This document shows, piece after piece, positions 39,384-53,755 of a DNA stretch of 64,000 nucleotides. Both the position numbers and the translations under genes were made by a program. The stretch covers positions 218,676,001-218,740,000 of the forward strand of contig NC_058368.1 in the NCBI RefSeq assembly GCF_018350175.1, given 5' to 3'. Within the stretch, counting starts at the first letter, position 1; each line of letters begins with the position of its first letter. The stretch is from Felis catus. Its lineage: Eukaryota. The notes beneath the pieces were generated by a model that was not told where the DNA came from, searched no databases, and saw only the letters and a list, made by a program, of their open reading frames with translations.

Positions 39384-39588
39384 GGGGCACCTGGGTGGCT
39401 CCGTTGATTAAATGTCTGACTTTGGCTCAGGCTGTGATCTCGCAGTTCATGAGTTCAAGCCTTGCATCGGGCGCCATACTGGCAGTGCAGTGCCTACTTG
39501 GAAATCTTTCTGTCCTTCTGTCTCTGCTCCGCCCACACTTGTGCATGCGCGCTCTCTCTCTCTCTGAAAACAAACAAACTTTAGGAAA
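39384..39588 (+). mobile_element. CAN-SINE
   Basis: TSD aaggca(g/t)gaccat at 39370-39382 and 39589-39601. Confidence 0.94.
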
Positions 39589-40123
39589 AAGGCATGACCA
39601 TTAAGTACTAGTCAAAAAGAGAAAATGCCAAATAAACAGACATAGTTAAAATAAAAAAAAAAATGAGAGTATGTTTATAGCTATAATTATAACTTGGGTT
39701 CTTTTCACACAGTGATATAGAGAAAGTTACTTTGCATTAATTATCTACAATAGCTAGGAATTATTATAAAAGTAAATTAATTTTATCTTAATAAATAAAA
39801 TTTATAGTAGATAAATAAAATTTATAAAAATAAATAAAATGTTGTTTTAATCTCTACAGTATTTATTTCTTATAAGTTTTTGTTTCCCAAAGAACTTGAG
39901 ATTTTTGTTTTCCCAGTGTTGCCTGCATCTGTTAAGTAATTCAAATCCTCTTTAGGGTAGGGAGAATAACATGCACATCTAAAGTCCTCAGTAACTGGTT
40001 ATCAGTGGGTTATTCAAGTGGGAGCGAAGGGGCATTACTGAAATACTAGAACCTTGCTGATGTTAATACAGTCTTTAGATGCCTCAATACCAGGTCATCT
40101 TATACTTTACTGAATGCAACAAT

Positions 40124-40333
40124 ATTTTTTTTTTATTTTTAGTGTTTATTTTTTATTTTTGAGAGATGGAGTGTGAGGGAGGGGCAGAGAGAGGGAGACA
40201 CAGAATCCAAAGCAGACTCCAGGCTCTTAGCTGTCAGGACAGAGCCCGATGCAGGGCTCAAACTCACAAACCAGGAGATCATGACCTAAGCCGAAGTTGG
40301 ATGCTAAACCCACTGAGCCACTAAGGCACCCCC
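40124..40333 (-). mobile_element. CAN-SINE
   Basis: TSD tgaat(g/c)caacaa. Confidence 0.95.
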
Positions 40334-41419
40334 TGAATCCAACAAATTTTGTCAACAGTGGGCAACTCAGTGCAGCTGGGGTTAGGGATTTAGAAGCAAT
40401 CAATATTATTCATCCCTACAATTTTTTTTTTCCTTTCAGTACTTTTGCTTCCATCTTATTGGTCAGCTACACATGGATTATTACCACACATCATTTATAA
40501 TCTACATGTCCTCAGTATCTGTCTCTTCAAAGTTGTAATATGAATTTCAATAAACCAATGGCATATATTCTAATCTACATATAAAACATGATTTTTCCCT
40601 CATCTTGGTTTGAATACATTTCATTATTGATGACATCATATGCAGTCCTTAGTTTCATTTATCTTTATTTTTTTTTTATTATATAAAGAACATATTGCAA
40701 GAGAATTTATGATTTCATAGTTCATGCTCAAGGCTTTTCTTCACAATTGATAGCACACAAACATCAAGGAATATTGAAATTCATTTTCATGATGACCCTC
40801 GTCTTTTACAATAAGCCATATCACCTTTAGCTTACACTGCAAAGATAAAAATGATTGGCAGAAAAGACAGACATTTACCATTTATGTGAAGGACAAAGCT
40901 ATATTTTCAAAAATGTTCACTATGGCTAGAAAACAGGAGTGCTTTTTGAAATAAAGCCTTGCAAAAATCAAAGGGTAATATAGTTCAATTTAACTCACTA
41001 TTTTTATAGACACGCCTCAAACCCAGAAATTTTTTATATACATTAAATTAAACATTCTATTTTAAACAGGTTCATCATTTGTAAAACCACAAGCTAGTTG
41101 GATTGAATCTATACTGCTTAATAGAATCATTGACTTTTCACATTATGGAGTAGTCAAAGCCCCTGTGTTCACATTCTATTATTAGTTATTTGATCTGGAT
41201 ATAATTACCTGTATATTTTATCAATGTCTCAATCTATAAAATAGGGGTTATAATAGTAACAATTTTGTAAATGTGGTGTATGTATTCACTTAGTTTATTC
41301 CTAAACATTCTATACCTCAATAAATGACATTATTATAATAATAAATTATACTTCCTTACAAAAAAGAAGGGTTTACAGTAAATCCATGTCTATCCTTCAT
41401 TATTGAAAAGATGCACAAA

Positions 41420-41642
41420 GGGGCGCCTGGGTGGCGCAGTCGGTTAAGCGTCCGACTTCAGCCAGGTCACGATCTCGCGGTCCGGGAGTTCGAGCCCCGC
41501 GTCAGGCTCTGGGCTGATGGCTCAGAGCCTGGAGCCTGTTTCCGATTCTGTGTCTCCCTCTCTCTCTGCCCCTCCCCCGTTCATGCTCTGTCTCTCTCTG
41601 TCCCAAAAATAAATAAACGTTGAAAAAAAATTAAAAAAAAAA
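41420..41642 (+). mobile_element. Very young CAN-SINE
   Basis: CpGs intact; perfect TSD gaaaagatgcacaaa at 41405-41419 and 41643-41657. Confidence 0.98.
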
Positions 41643-42985
41643 GAAAAGATGCACAAAGAAACTTCTAAAACCTTAACTATGACCACATACATTTAACATC
41701 ATCCCGCTAAGTCATTCAGCTTTGATGTGCCATTAACCTCTCCCAAGAATATTGTATTTCTAAAATTCTTAAAGTTGAAATAGCATAGAATTTCTTACTC
41801 AGTTAGAAATTAAGCTTGATGTAATAGAAAAGACTTTCTCAGTGTAAAGAAAGAAAAAGGCAAATACTAATTGTCTCATCCCTAGTTCTATGCCTCCTTC
41901 AGTCAAACCTGGAAACCCTAGCTATTCTCAACAGACACCATCCTTTTATCTCAATTTTTGGAGACCTTATCATAACTTTAAATTGTGAAAGAAATATAAA
42001 CAATTTTCAAAACAGTTCATACTGTAAAATATACTTTTCTTCTTTGGCTGAAATGTACTCATGCCAATTGTAGCTTACAGAACAATAGTGGCTTTAATTC
42101 TGCTTATACAGACACAAATGTTTATTCTTTTAATAGAGTACTAACAATGAATATAATTATGTAGTGCAGATTTTGCATGGCTTCAAGTTACTGCTGCAGA
42201 AAAATCTTGCATTTAATCATAGTAATAAATTCATTAATTTCAAGTATCATTTTTCTTACTTTAGAACACAAATACATTAATATACCCTCAAAAGAGAAAT
42301 AATATATGATGTCTTCTATGCCAAAGAAACATTTTAAAATTCAACAAAAATTAATAATATGTTGCACGAAGCAATTATACTTTGCCAATGTTCATTGCAG
42401 GGAACAGACCACAAAGTAATCTTCTGTTTCTCACAAATTTATTTAATCACGGGCCCTCTATTCATCCTCTGCCTCTACCTACACTCCCATTTTTCTTGTG
42501 CCATGACTAAATAGCATTGCATGAAACACATTCTGGAGACAGTAATATTGATTATCAATCTAATTATGGCAAAGATTATAGCTATGTTGTTATTGAACTT
42601 CAGATAGTTTCTTCATAAATTATAACAAAGAAAATGAAACCAAAGCTATACATTTATTATGAACAAATGATAAATATTTTTTTCAAACTCATATAGAAAA
42701 TAAAGGTAAGTTCCCATATTAGTTATAGGGGATTTCTTAGGGGATCCTTAAAAAAAGATTCAACTGTCAATAAATTTCAAAATATGTAAATCAAACCGCA
42801 TAAAACCTACAGCGATGTGTTGCATTTTCTGAATGGTCCTTTATTTAACACATACTTCAGAATCATTTGAGCAGATTGTTGAAAACATCCCTAGGATATT
42901 TTTAATAATTAAGTGAATTTACCTGACTAAATATTCCAAACTCAGTGTCTCAGGAGAGGAAGCATTTTTGAAATTTGAAATTGTT

Positions 42986-43211
42986 GGGGCACCTGGGTGG
43001 CGCAGTCGGTTAAGCGTCCGACTTCAGCCAGGTCACGATCTCGCGGTCCGTGAGTTCGAGCCCCGCATCAGGCTCTGGGCTGATGGCTAAGAGCCTGGAG
43101 CCTGTTTCCGATTCTGTGTCTCCCTCTCTCTCTGCCCCTCCCCCGTTCATGCTCTGTCTCTCTCTGTCCCAAAAATAAATAAACGTTGGAAAAAAAAATT
43201 AAAAAAAAAAA
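42986..43211 (+). mobile_element. Very young CAN-SINE
   Basis: Near-identical to the 41420 copy; perfect TSD gaaatttgaaattgtt. Confidence 0.98.
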
Positions 43212-44665
43212 GAAATTTGAAATTGTTGCCTTAAATTTGTGTTTCCTTCCTATTTTTTTTTTTTTTGGTGGGGGTGTCTCTGTTTAGAGTTAAGTAAGCT
43301 GAAAATGGTCAATTAGTTTTATTCTTTTCTCTAGGAGTCAGAGTAAGTAAACAGAAATAGTATACACAATATTATGCTTGCCTTTCAGTTAGAGGGAAGG
43401 TAGGTTCAGGATACAAGATATAATTAAGCATAATGGAATCAATTCATCTATTTAAACTAAAATGGGAGAATAATTTTTTTTAATGGAAGAATAATTTAAA
43501 TCCATTTTATTTTATTACAATGAATACATATTTCAAATTTAACCTCATAAAGCCTTTTAGGAAATGGATGGAAATATAAATAAAATTGTAGGTATAATTA
43601 ATATATGAGAAAAATATTAAGTATGGCAATTACTAGGGAATGATATTTTGGTGGTGTCTAGGCAAAGAGTATGAGTCTTATTAAAAATGGAGAAATGAGC
43701 ATTTAACAAAAGCTAAAAGCCACCTTCAATAACAGGCATACTGCCAACCATATAAAATGAGATGCTGGGGTTTAATTGGCCAAAGGGAGACTGGAGTGTG
43801 ATGTCTTCAGAAGAAATCTATTTTTCAGAACTCTAGTGAGGCACACGGGAAAAATAATATGGGAAGTCACCTCTGTGAAAGCATAAATTGAAAACTTCAT
43901 TAGTGTCTTCATTTGGACTGGCAAAGTATCCTCAAGAAAATCTCCCTAAGGGCAGAATCTAAGGACTAAAATATATGTAGCAATATCTGTTTTCTCAGAT
44001 AATATATAAATGAATTTCCATGAATGAAATTTAAGTGCAGGAAAAAAGGAACATAAAACAATTGTTCCAGGTGGTTTTCTTTTGTTTTGCAAAAAGCTAT
44101 CTTAAGTATCTGTGTAATCACTGCTTTATCTATCTAAAGTTCAATTTCCCAGAATGACATCACATTTCATTATTTATTGTGGTAGACTGAATGAATGTAC
44201 CATTCTAATTCCCGAACTTGTAATGACAAAACTTTATTTGTGATTTTCTTGGTACTTTTAGATTTTATTTAGGGGTGGTGATGGTAATGCTCCATTTATC
44301 CAGAAAAATCAGGCACGCCCTTTGACTTTTATGCTTATCCCCAGGAAGGTGACAGCCTTGAGTCCTGTAAGATATGATTAAGTTAAGGATCTTGAAATAG
44401 AGAGATTTTATAGTAGATTAATTTTGTTGATCTGATATAATCACAGGACCCTCATAGGAAGGAGGCAGGAGATGAGAGAGGGTGAGGCAGTGTGATGATG
44501 GATGCACAAAATGGAATGATGTATGCTGAAGATAGTGGGGGGCGGGGGGGACAATAAGCCAAGGAGTACAGTTGGTCACTAACAGTTGAAAAGGGGAAGG
44601 ATTCTTTCCTCAGAGTCTCCAGAGGAACCAGCATACTATTGACACCTTGAAGTTTAGACATTGAA

Positions 44666-44876
44666 CTTTTTTTTATTATTATTTTTTTAATGTTTATTTA
44701 TTTTTGAGAGAGAGAGCAGGATGGGGGGCAGACAGAGGGACACACAGAATATGAAACAGGCTACAGTCTCTGAGCTGTCAGCACAGAATCTAACGTTGGG
44801 CTCAAACCCATGGACCATGAGATCATGACCTGAGCTGAAGTCTGACGCTTAACTGACTGAACCACCCAGGCGCCCC
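44666..44876 (-). mobile_element. CAN-SINE
   Basis: Full reverse-complement copy ending cccaggcgcccc. Confidence 0.95.
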
Positions 44877-45199
44877 CATTGTTTTTTTTTAATGTTTATT
44901 TTTGAGAGACAGAGTGAAAACTGATTTTGAACTTCTACCCCTTCAGACCAATAAAAGAATAAATGTGTGTTGTTTTAAGCAACTAGTTTGTAGTGATTTT
45001 TTAAGGAAAAGCTTAAAATTTTGTTATGAAACGTTTTTATTTAATTTTGACCACATTTAATTTTAATAAATATTTTAATATTGAAAATATGTGGGAAAAT
45101 TATGACTATAAATTACACATTTCAAAGAAAAAATAGGCAGGTTGATATAATGAAAAATAGTACAAATTTGGGGAGCTTTATATTTGTGTATTTTATCTA

Positions 45200-45590
45200 T
45201 TTTATTTTTATTGATTTATTAAGGTATACTATATATATACTATATATTATTGAGGTATACTGTATGTGTGTATATATATGTATATGTATGTATATATATG
45301 TATATACATATATAAGTGCAAATGTTTAATGCATAAAATTTGATGAGTTTAGACATATGCAAATAGCCATGATATCACCATAATCAAGGGAATAGACATA
45401 TCCAATACTTTCCAGAGTTTCTTTGCGTCTCCCCTTTTTTGTCGTTAGCACATATAACATGAGATGTACCCTCTTAAAAATTTTTGAAGTGCACAGTATC
45501 ATATTGTTACTAATCATATTGTTACTAATCATATTGTTAACTAAAGGACAATGGTAGTTGTCCAGAACTTAACTCATCTAACCTAAAAAC
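45200..45590 (-). mobile_element. L1MA/L1MB-like 3' end fragment
   Basis: tttgatgagtttagacatatgc...aacatgagatgtaccctcttaa. Confidence 0.7.
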
Positions 45591-45915
45591 TTTTTTTTTC
45601 TTTTTATAGCAGCAATAGAAAATCAGTACTGTTATTAAATAAGAGCTCAATTTTTATTAATTCATGAAAACCTACCCTATTTTTTCTGTTTATCCTTCCA
45701 TACCAGCAAGTAACTCTCCTTTAAATTATCAGAGTTGTAATTTTAAATTTATTTCGTATGAATGTTTGTGATTAAATTCAAAGATTCTCCCTTGAGTTCC
45801 ATGTTGAGTGTCTACAGTTTGGTTTGGCTTTGTTATCTCTCTACGACCTAACACGTCTGTATGTATTCACATGCTGGATCTTCATGTTAAATGAGTGAAT
45901 GAATGAAGAGAAATA

Positions 45916-46259
45916 CAGTTGTCCCTTGAACAACACAATTTTGAATAGTGTGGTTCCACTTAGATGAAGATTCTTTCAATAAATTCCATATACTACTATA
46001 AATATATTTTATCTTCTTTATGATTTTCTTAATAACATTTTCTTTTCTTTAGCTTACTTTATTATAAGAATAGAGTATATTATACATATATATCACATAC
46101 TAATTATGTGTTAATAGGCTGTTTAGGTCATTGGTAAGGTTTCCAGTCAAAAGTAGGCTATGAGTAGTTATGTTTCTGGGGAATCAAAAACTATTTGTGG
46201 ATTGTCGATCCTGCAGAAGGTTGATAACCCCAATCCCCAAATTGTTCAAGGGTCAATTG
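45916..46259 (+). mobile_element. Tigger2a/MER28-like MITE
   Basis: TIRs cagttgtcccttgaacaa and ttgttcaagggtcaattg; TA at the left flank; internal tatgattttcttaataacatttt. Confidence 0.88.
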
Positions 46260-46576
46260 ATAAATGAAATCAGATAACATAAATAAGAATTTTCTTTTAC
46301 TTACTCCCTAGCATGGGTAAAGCAGGAATGCTTCTTTAGGGAAAGTGAAGCCAAACACAATCAGCTTACCCCCGCCCCCCAAGAAAATATAGTTTATAGT
46401 ATTACTTCAATCTGCTTATCAGTACGTTAAAAAATCCTGAATTGAAGATGAATTTCCTCTAGATCCTCAGTGGAATTTGAAATCCTTTTTTTATTTACGT
46501 CACAAAATGTAAATTCATGGAAGGGAGAACATTTGAATATTAAACTATTTTTAGCTATTAGTAACAGTGTATTTTA

Positions 46577-46808
46577 TTTTATTTTAATTTTTTAACGTTT
46601 ATTATTATTATTATTTTTTGAGACAGAGAGAGAGAGAGAGAGCATGAACGCGGGAGGGGCAGAGAGAGAGGGAGACACAGAATCGGAAGATGGCTCTAGG
46701 CTCTGAGCCATCAGCCCAGAGCCTGACGCGGGGCTCAAACTCAGGGACCGCGAGATCGTGACCTGAGCCGAATCGGACGCTTAACCGACTGAGCCACCCA
46801 GGTGCCCC
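46577..46808 (-). mobile_element. Young CAN-SINE
   Basis: CpG-rich; TSD taacagtg(t/c)atttta. Confidence 0.97.
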
Positions 46809-46829
46809 AATAACAGTGCATTTTAAAAT

Positions 46830-47453
46830 AAGAATTGGGTTCAATTCTTGTGATAACGCTACTCTTCAATGAAAAGACCATGATTCAGTTGTAACTACTA
46901 TGAAGAAGAGAGGGAAGGAAAAAAAAAAAAGGTCTCAGATTGCAGTACAGTTCTAAGGGAATTTCAGCAAAATCAGTTAAGAGGCCTCATGCCAAGGCCA
47001 CCCACTGAGGCTGTCAACGTTTCCAAGGAACCGGCCTATCTTAGTAACCTTGCTATGCTCAGTCAATTGATTTGAGCAGCCTGTAGAATGTGTGGCTTTA
47101 GGGATTCCTGGGTGGCTCAGTTGGTTAAGCGTCCGACTTAGGCTCAGGTCATGATCTCACAGTTCATGAGTTTGAGCCCAGCGTCAGGCTCTGTGCTGGC
47201 AGCTCAGAGCCTGGAGCCTACTTCGAATTCTGTGTCTGCCTCTCTCTCTCTCTACCCCTTGTCTGTTGAAACTCACTCACTCACTCTCTCTCTCTCTCTC
47301 AGAAATAAATAAAACATTAAAAAATTAATTTAAAACATTAATAAAATTAATTTAGTGTAAACATGAGGTAACAATAGAGTGCAGCAGCTGGGGATGTTAA
47401 TCAATTATATTATTTAACGTAAGAGATTCCAGAGGCATATTTTCATGGCTGTC
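46830..47453 (-). mobile_element. LTR16-like ERVL LTR, interrupted by a SINE
   Basis: gcagcagctgggg...tcaatta...ttttcatggctg end; ttagtaaccttgctatgctcagtca. Confidence 0.6.
47101..47340 (+). mobile_element. CAN-SINE
   Basis: ctgggtggctcagttggttaagcgtccgac head, (CT)n, tail. Confidence 0.95.
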
Positions 47454-48897
47454 AGGGGTCTGTTTTATAATGTGTATGGCCTTTCAACGTTAGGAGCTTA
47501 TTTTGATGATAAAAGAGTGGATGGGTAGGGAAATTATAGCATGAACTAATAAAGCCCAGTAATCGGCACCAGAGACCAAAAGAACATTTTCTTAAGAGGT
47601 TGGTTTTCATCGTCTGAACACACACGTAGTTATTTTCCATTAAAATATTTGACAGTGTATGTTTTCATGCTATTAAGTTGAGCCTAAATTAATAAGATTA
47701 ACTTCTTCATTCATACCTAGACATTTTATTTTTAAAAGGTACTAAAAATGTCAACATTTTACTAGGGTTTATTTATCATCCTTTATGACCTAATAAATGA
47801 CATTGTATCAACTTGCAAAAAATATAAACTGCTTTAGGTCAGAGAACAGCATTTTCCAATAATTCATTTACAAATGTTGGTGTATACACAAATAACACTA
47901 TATATACACCATAATAACATATAATATGTATTATATATACTATAATAACATAATATGATGGATGTTAGGAAGAAATAAAAGCAACTGAGTTACAGTAAGG
48001 GTAAAATTAAAATTAATAGCAGTAAGCAAAAATGAAGTTCCTTTTCACTATAGCCAAGAGCTTCCCCCTACCTTACATATAGTAACAATTATCTTTTGGT
48101 CTTTTAAGTTGTTATATTGTTATTGGGAATAATGTAGGTTCTAAGCTGTTGAAAGACTTGTATACAACATTTGAAGGTGGGATACATTATGTCTCTGTTT
48201 ATGTTCATAAAAAGCAAAAACCAAGACATATGTCTTTTGGAAGATATCACTGAATACTGTTAATATACATACAGAAAAATCCACAGTCACGTGAAAAACC
48301 ATCATTTCAGATTTCATACCAATACAGTGCCCTATTCAGCCATAACACATTCTTTGATGTTAAGCAGATTTATATAAATTTATGATAAACACTAATACTA
48401 TTTTTGTTGTGAAAATATTTTTCTTGCATTTAATTATGAACTATCATCTATTCCATGGAAATGATTTATAAACATAGACCTTTTGTTATCACAAGTTTTA
48501 TATAATTTGAATTGCCCAACCTATTCATTGCAAGTGCTTTGCCTACCAATTATTCACCAGAAAGTTTCTGACATTCAGTTGAAGGAAAAAAGTGTTTCTC
48601 AGTGTACTCCAATTAAAAAAAAAATCTTCTCAAAAAAAAAATCAGTAAGGAATTACTTTTTTTCTAAAAATGCAAGGAAAAAAATTCAATTAGAGAAATG
48701 GTAGGTTGGTTATTATTTGCAGAAATATTTGGGTATATGCTTCCAGATAAAAATATATATTTATAATCAAAATGAAATGCATTTATATTTAATAAACATC
48801 TGAACCAGTTCATTTTTTTATTAAACTGAAGGTATATAACCTACGCCAAACATACGAAAGGGGGGAAGAAAGAAACCCTTCCACTGCTTTAAGCTTT

Positions 48898-48900
<3 letters not shown>

Positions 48901-48983
<83 letters not shown>
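48901..48983. repeat. (CA)n microsatellite, ~41 units with one interruption
   Basis: Direct. Confidence 0.98.
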
Positions 48984-48986
<3 letters not shown>

Positions 48987-49429
48987 TAATAAATGCTTTC
49001 TTTAAAAAGACAAATCTTAAATTTTAAAATCAGACATGTAATTTTATACTCAAAATAAATCTAATTGGTTAGTTTCTTTTCTTGACAGAGTAGTAAACAT
49101 ATTGAGCATTTTCTCAAATATGAAATCATTAATGGAAAAAATAGTGATTGTTTTTATTTTGCCTTCTCTACTTTGACATGCCTAAAATAAAATTAATTTC
49201 TTGTTAAAAAAACTTTAAAATGAATTGTCACTCAAGTGACATAAGTAATTGTGCTTTATCAATATAAAATATATAATATCGAAACCATTATATAAATGGG
49301 AAAATGCAATCATCAAAACAACTAATTTACAGTATAGAATTAGTAATTGCAAACATGAAAAGGATTTGTTTCTGTTTAATTATAACTGAAGGAAGAAGAA
49401 TGTCTCTCAGACATAATTATCATTACTTT

Positions 49430-49632
49430 TTCCTTCAAGTTTTTTTTAATTTAAATTCCAGTTAACATACAGTGTTATATTAATTTCAGGTGTAGAACTT
49501 AGGGATTCAACACTTCTGTACATCACCCCATGCTCATCAAGACAAGTGCCCTCCTTAATCTCCATCACCCATTTAGCTCATCCCTCTGCAGGCTCCCTTG
49601 TAACCATCAGTTTGTTCTCTACAGAGAGGAGT
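49430..49632 (-). mobile_element. Carnivore L1 3' tail fragment
   Basis: aagtgccctccttaatctccatcacccatttagc...cagtttgttctcta. Confidence 0.88.
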
Positions 49633-50846
49633 ATTTATATGGTATTTTAAAGACAATGAGAAAACATAAAATACATTATGAAACATGTTTGATAATTGTT
49701 TTTGATTTGCTCGTTTTGTAGGCTATAAAGATTTAGTTTTCAACACTGATTAAGGACGCCTACTTGCTATTTCCTATTTCTGACATCTTACTGCATCTGA
49801 ATTATCGATGTAGAACATTAAGAGTCACAAAGAATTGTAGAGTAAAATACAATTTTATAGCAATAAATACTTTAGCAGAAAGTGTTAAAATGTATTATAT
49901 TCACTTATACTCATTTTTGCCTCTGCTGCAATTTCACAGCAAGATTTGTGAATGGTGAGTTTAACTAGGCCTATGTAAAATTGAAAGTAATTGGTCTGCG
50001 TAGTGAAAACCTGGCTCGACATCGTGCATTCCAGCCATACCACAGAATTCAACATATTCAGACATCAGAGATGAATTGCTGCAAATATCCTTTAAATACT
50101 CTCATTCCAATACATCCTGCATATTGTTTTTCCAACAACATTCAATTGCAAATGAAGTTGTGTATGAGGTCTCCTTGAAACCCACAGTGTTTCTTTAAAG
50201 CTCCACATACAAATGTAAGGTTGTCAATGAATGTAAATAGATATGGATATAGATGAGGATATTTTGCTTTAGCAGATGTTTAATAGGCACCTATGTGTGC
50301 AACATATTTTGCTCTATTCTAGGTAAAAATGTGAAAAACACATGAAAGTATTTCAGCAAGTTTGAGGTCAAATAACTGAAGCATTATATATGTGTATACA
50401 CACACACACACACACACAGACTGCAACACTATTATAACAGAAGTGATTAACTTCAATTTACTTGGAAAAACAGATGAATTTAAGTACTCACAGAGGGCAC
50501 AGTTTAATTTGAACTGAGGGAATCAAAGAATTAGAACATTGAGAATGCTGCCATTTGTGTAATAAACACAGAGGTATTTAGATAGAATAATATAGGTGTG
50601 AGGAAAACGAGGAGGGAGAAGTTTTTTTTTTTAAATAATAGTTTCATTATATCATTGAGATTTTCATTGTCTCCACATTACTCCAGATAATACGTAAGGA
50701 TAATATGCTTGTGTCAATTATATTTTAATGACTTTTAAAACTTATTCCATTGCCCACTCCATACCAAACTTGGAACCTTCTCACAAATCCTAATCAATTC
50801 CTCATGATAAACTTCAAACCCACTATGACTCCAGCCATAGTTTTCT

Positions 50847-50931
50847 CTTTCTTTTCTTCTCTTTTCTTTTCTTTTCTTTTCTTTCTTTTTTTCTTTCTTT
50901 CTTTTTCTTGCTTTCTTGCTTTCTTTTCATT

Positions 50932-50966
<35 letters not shown>

Positions 50967-50991
50967 CTTGCTTTCTTTTCTTTTTTCTTTC

Positions 50992-51043
<52 letters not shown>

Positions 51044-51106
51044 TTTAATGTTTATCTCTTCTGTGTGAGAGAGAGACAGAGAAACTTGCATGAGCTGGAG
51101 AGGGGC

Positions 51107-51170
<64 letters not shown>

Positions 51171-51308
51171 TGAATGAATGAATGTCAAGCAGGCTCTGCA
51201 CTGTCAGCACAGAGCCTTACATGAGACTCAGTATCACAACCCATGAGATTATGACCTGAGCCTAAATCAAGAGTAGAAGCTCAATTGACTGAGCCATCCA
51301 GGTGCCCA
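50847..51308 (-). mobile_element. CAN-SINE with expanded (TTTC)n tail and internal (GA)n/(GAAT)n
   Basis: TSD ag(c/t)catagttttct at 50833-50846 and 51311-51324 encloses the microsatellite. Confidence 0.93.
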
Positions 51309-51514
51309 TAAGTCATAGTTTTCTATCCTTGGAAACTCTCTTGGCTTTATTACTTAATATAATATGTAGATACTTGAGATATCCTACTTTTGTTGATACA
51401 GTGTCTATGTCTATATTATTCATATATATCATATTTCCCCTCTAGATTCTAAGCAATATGCAATATGTAGCCAGGTATTTCTTTGTAAAAGAATTATAGT
51501 TGTCACAGTCATAC

Positions 51515-51920
51515 ATGGCATTAATTGCCTCTGCTGTTGTAATAAAGTAACACAAACTTGGAGTCTTAAAAAACAAAAACATCTTTTCTTACAGTTTAGA
51601 AAGACAAGAGTCTGAAATCGAGGTTTGTCAAGGATTGGTTTCATTCAGAGGCTCTGAGGGAGTCGTTTCCTCTTTCATAGCTTCTGGTGGTTGCCAGCAA
51701 CTTTAGCATTACTTGACTGACAGCTACATCATTGCAATGTCTGTCTCCATCTTCATATGGCCTTCTTTCCTGTGTATCTGTGTCTGTTTGTCCCCTCTTA
51801 TAAGACAACAGTTCTTACAGAGTCTTTGCAGATACAATTACTTAATATTTCTAAATACGGTCCCCTACTGATAGTCCATTTGGACTTGAATTTGGGGAGA
51901 CACTATTCAGTTCATTACAA
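51515..51920 (-). mobile_element. MLT1 (B/C-like) MaLR LTR
   Basis: cacaaacttggagtcttaaaa, agtctgaaatcgagg, agcttctggtggttgccagcaa, ctcttataagac. Confidence 0.8.
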
Positions 51921-52307
51921 ACATGTATATTTAATCAGTGAGTTTTGTATTTCTACCATGGAGCAGCATTGGATTCATATTTACTATTTAAATGATCTTT
52001 GTCCATTTACAAAAGCAAAAGAAAAAAATGTGGACTTCATTTGATTTTTTAAGCAATTTACTTACCTGTGTTACTTACAGTAGCTTACAGCAGCTTACAA
52101 TAGCTTATTAAAATACATTATGTTGTTAATTTGCATCAATACTCAATAAATGTCCATTGTCCTGATATCAGTTTTAAAAGTTACTGCAATTAATTTCTTT
52201 TTCTAATCTTTAATTTTCTCATAAGAATATTTGCGCTAATAATTATTTTATCTCTTCAAATTTAGATTGACAAATGTCTCCTTAACTTTGTATAAAATTA
52301 ATATGCA

Positions 52308-52473
52308 GGATCTCATGGGTGGCTCAGTTGGTTAAGTGTCCAACTTTGGCTCAGGTCATGATCTCACAGTTCCTGGGTTTGAGCCTTGTATCGGGCTGCT
52401 GTCAGCACAGAGCCAGCTTCAGATCCTCTGTCTCCCTCACTCTCTGCTCCTCCCCGACTCTCGTTTGTGTGCA

Positions 52474-52505
<32 letters not shown>

Positions 52506-52535
52506 TTCTCAAAAATAAACATTAAAAAATAAAGT
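52308..52535 (+). mobile_element. CAN-SINE
   Basis: gggtggctcagttggttaag head, (CT)n, tail. Confidence 0.94.
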
Positions 52536-53644
52536 TAAATTAGCATGTAAAGTAAGTATAGAAGGCTAAATATAAAACATTTCAGTATACCTTGTTATTA
52601 AATGTTCCTTGAAAAGCAAAAAAACAAAAACAAAAACAAAAACAAAAAAAACACATTTCAGTATAAAAGGGAAAAATCCATAGAAGCCCATTTGTACATT
52701 CATACTGTATATCTTTGAATTTAAAGGGTTTACTCCAATTTCCACTGGTTAACATAGTATTTTCAAAAATATATAAACATTGGGAGTTTACCAAAGATAC
52801 CATACCATTAGACCATAATCATAGAAAACAGGTTGATTTTAAGAGGCAGTATATATAACATGTCCTTCCCAGACATTGAATCTTGAACTAAAGCTGTGGC
52901 TTAACAGATTCACATAAAAAATGATCACAGGCAAACCATACTTCTAGGACATTGCATGTAGCTAACACGCTATTGTGCACATAGACTATATGGGTATAAT
53001 TGATGAGAAAGTAATAATTATATGAGCGTGAACACATAGATAGGCTTATGTGTGTCACTGGTCTCAACTTGGAAATCGATCAAGGAAATTTCACATTCAA
53101 GGGAATATTGAAAAATAACCTCTCTTCTATCCATTTTCACCCCAGTACTGGAATACTAAACTGCATCTTCCCTAAGTTGACGTACTTCATGCGAACTACT
53201 AAGTAGAATCTCATAGTGCATTCCCTTCTCCTGCTTGATAGAAATATCATTTAATGACAATGTCACTTAGTGCTGGTAAAATATTCATTGCTGTAATTTC
53301 AACCATTGTCTCTCTTTTCTTTTTTTCTTTTTTTTCTGGAAACAAAATCAAACCAAGTCAGACTGGTTAGAGTTGGAAAGCTTCACAGTGTCTTAAACAC
53401 CAGTATGCTATCGGCTTCAAGGAAATAGAAGGGGTGCTATCTCAATTAGAATACTTTCACCTCCAGTAGGGAAGAGGTTGCTTCCAGAAGAGTTCCAGGG
53501 AGCTAAAGATTGACTAATGAAAAGAGAAAGACATTTATTTCTTAGATACACTCAAAAAGACATCTATGCCATAGTATCCATCTGTGTGGCAATCAGAATT
53601 ATTCAATTAATTGATGCTATTAATATTTCCCAAGAAGAGTGGAC

Positions 53645-53755
53645 AAGGGAGAGAGTGCAGGAGGGAAGAGAGAGAGAGAAAGAGAGAGAGAGAGACCGAC
53701 AGACATTGATTGAGAGAGACAGACAGAGACAGATTGAGAGATGGAGGAGGAGAGT
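53645..53755. repeat. GA-rich low-complexity / (GA)n-(GACA)n
   Basis: Direct. Confidence 0.8.

Larger units (their letters stand above)
44178..45630 (+). mobile_element. MLT1D-like MaLR LTR, interrupted by SINE and L1 fragment
   Basis: tgtggtagactgaat start; gattaagttaaggatcttga; agagtctccagaggaacc; gaataaatgtgtgttgttttaagc; end tagcagcaatagaaaa at ~45607. Confidence 0.8.
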
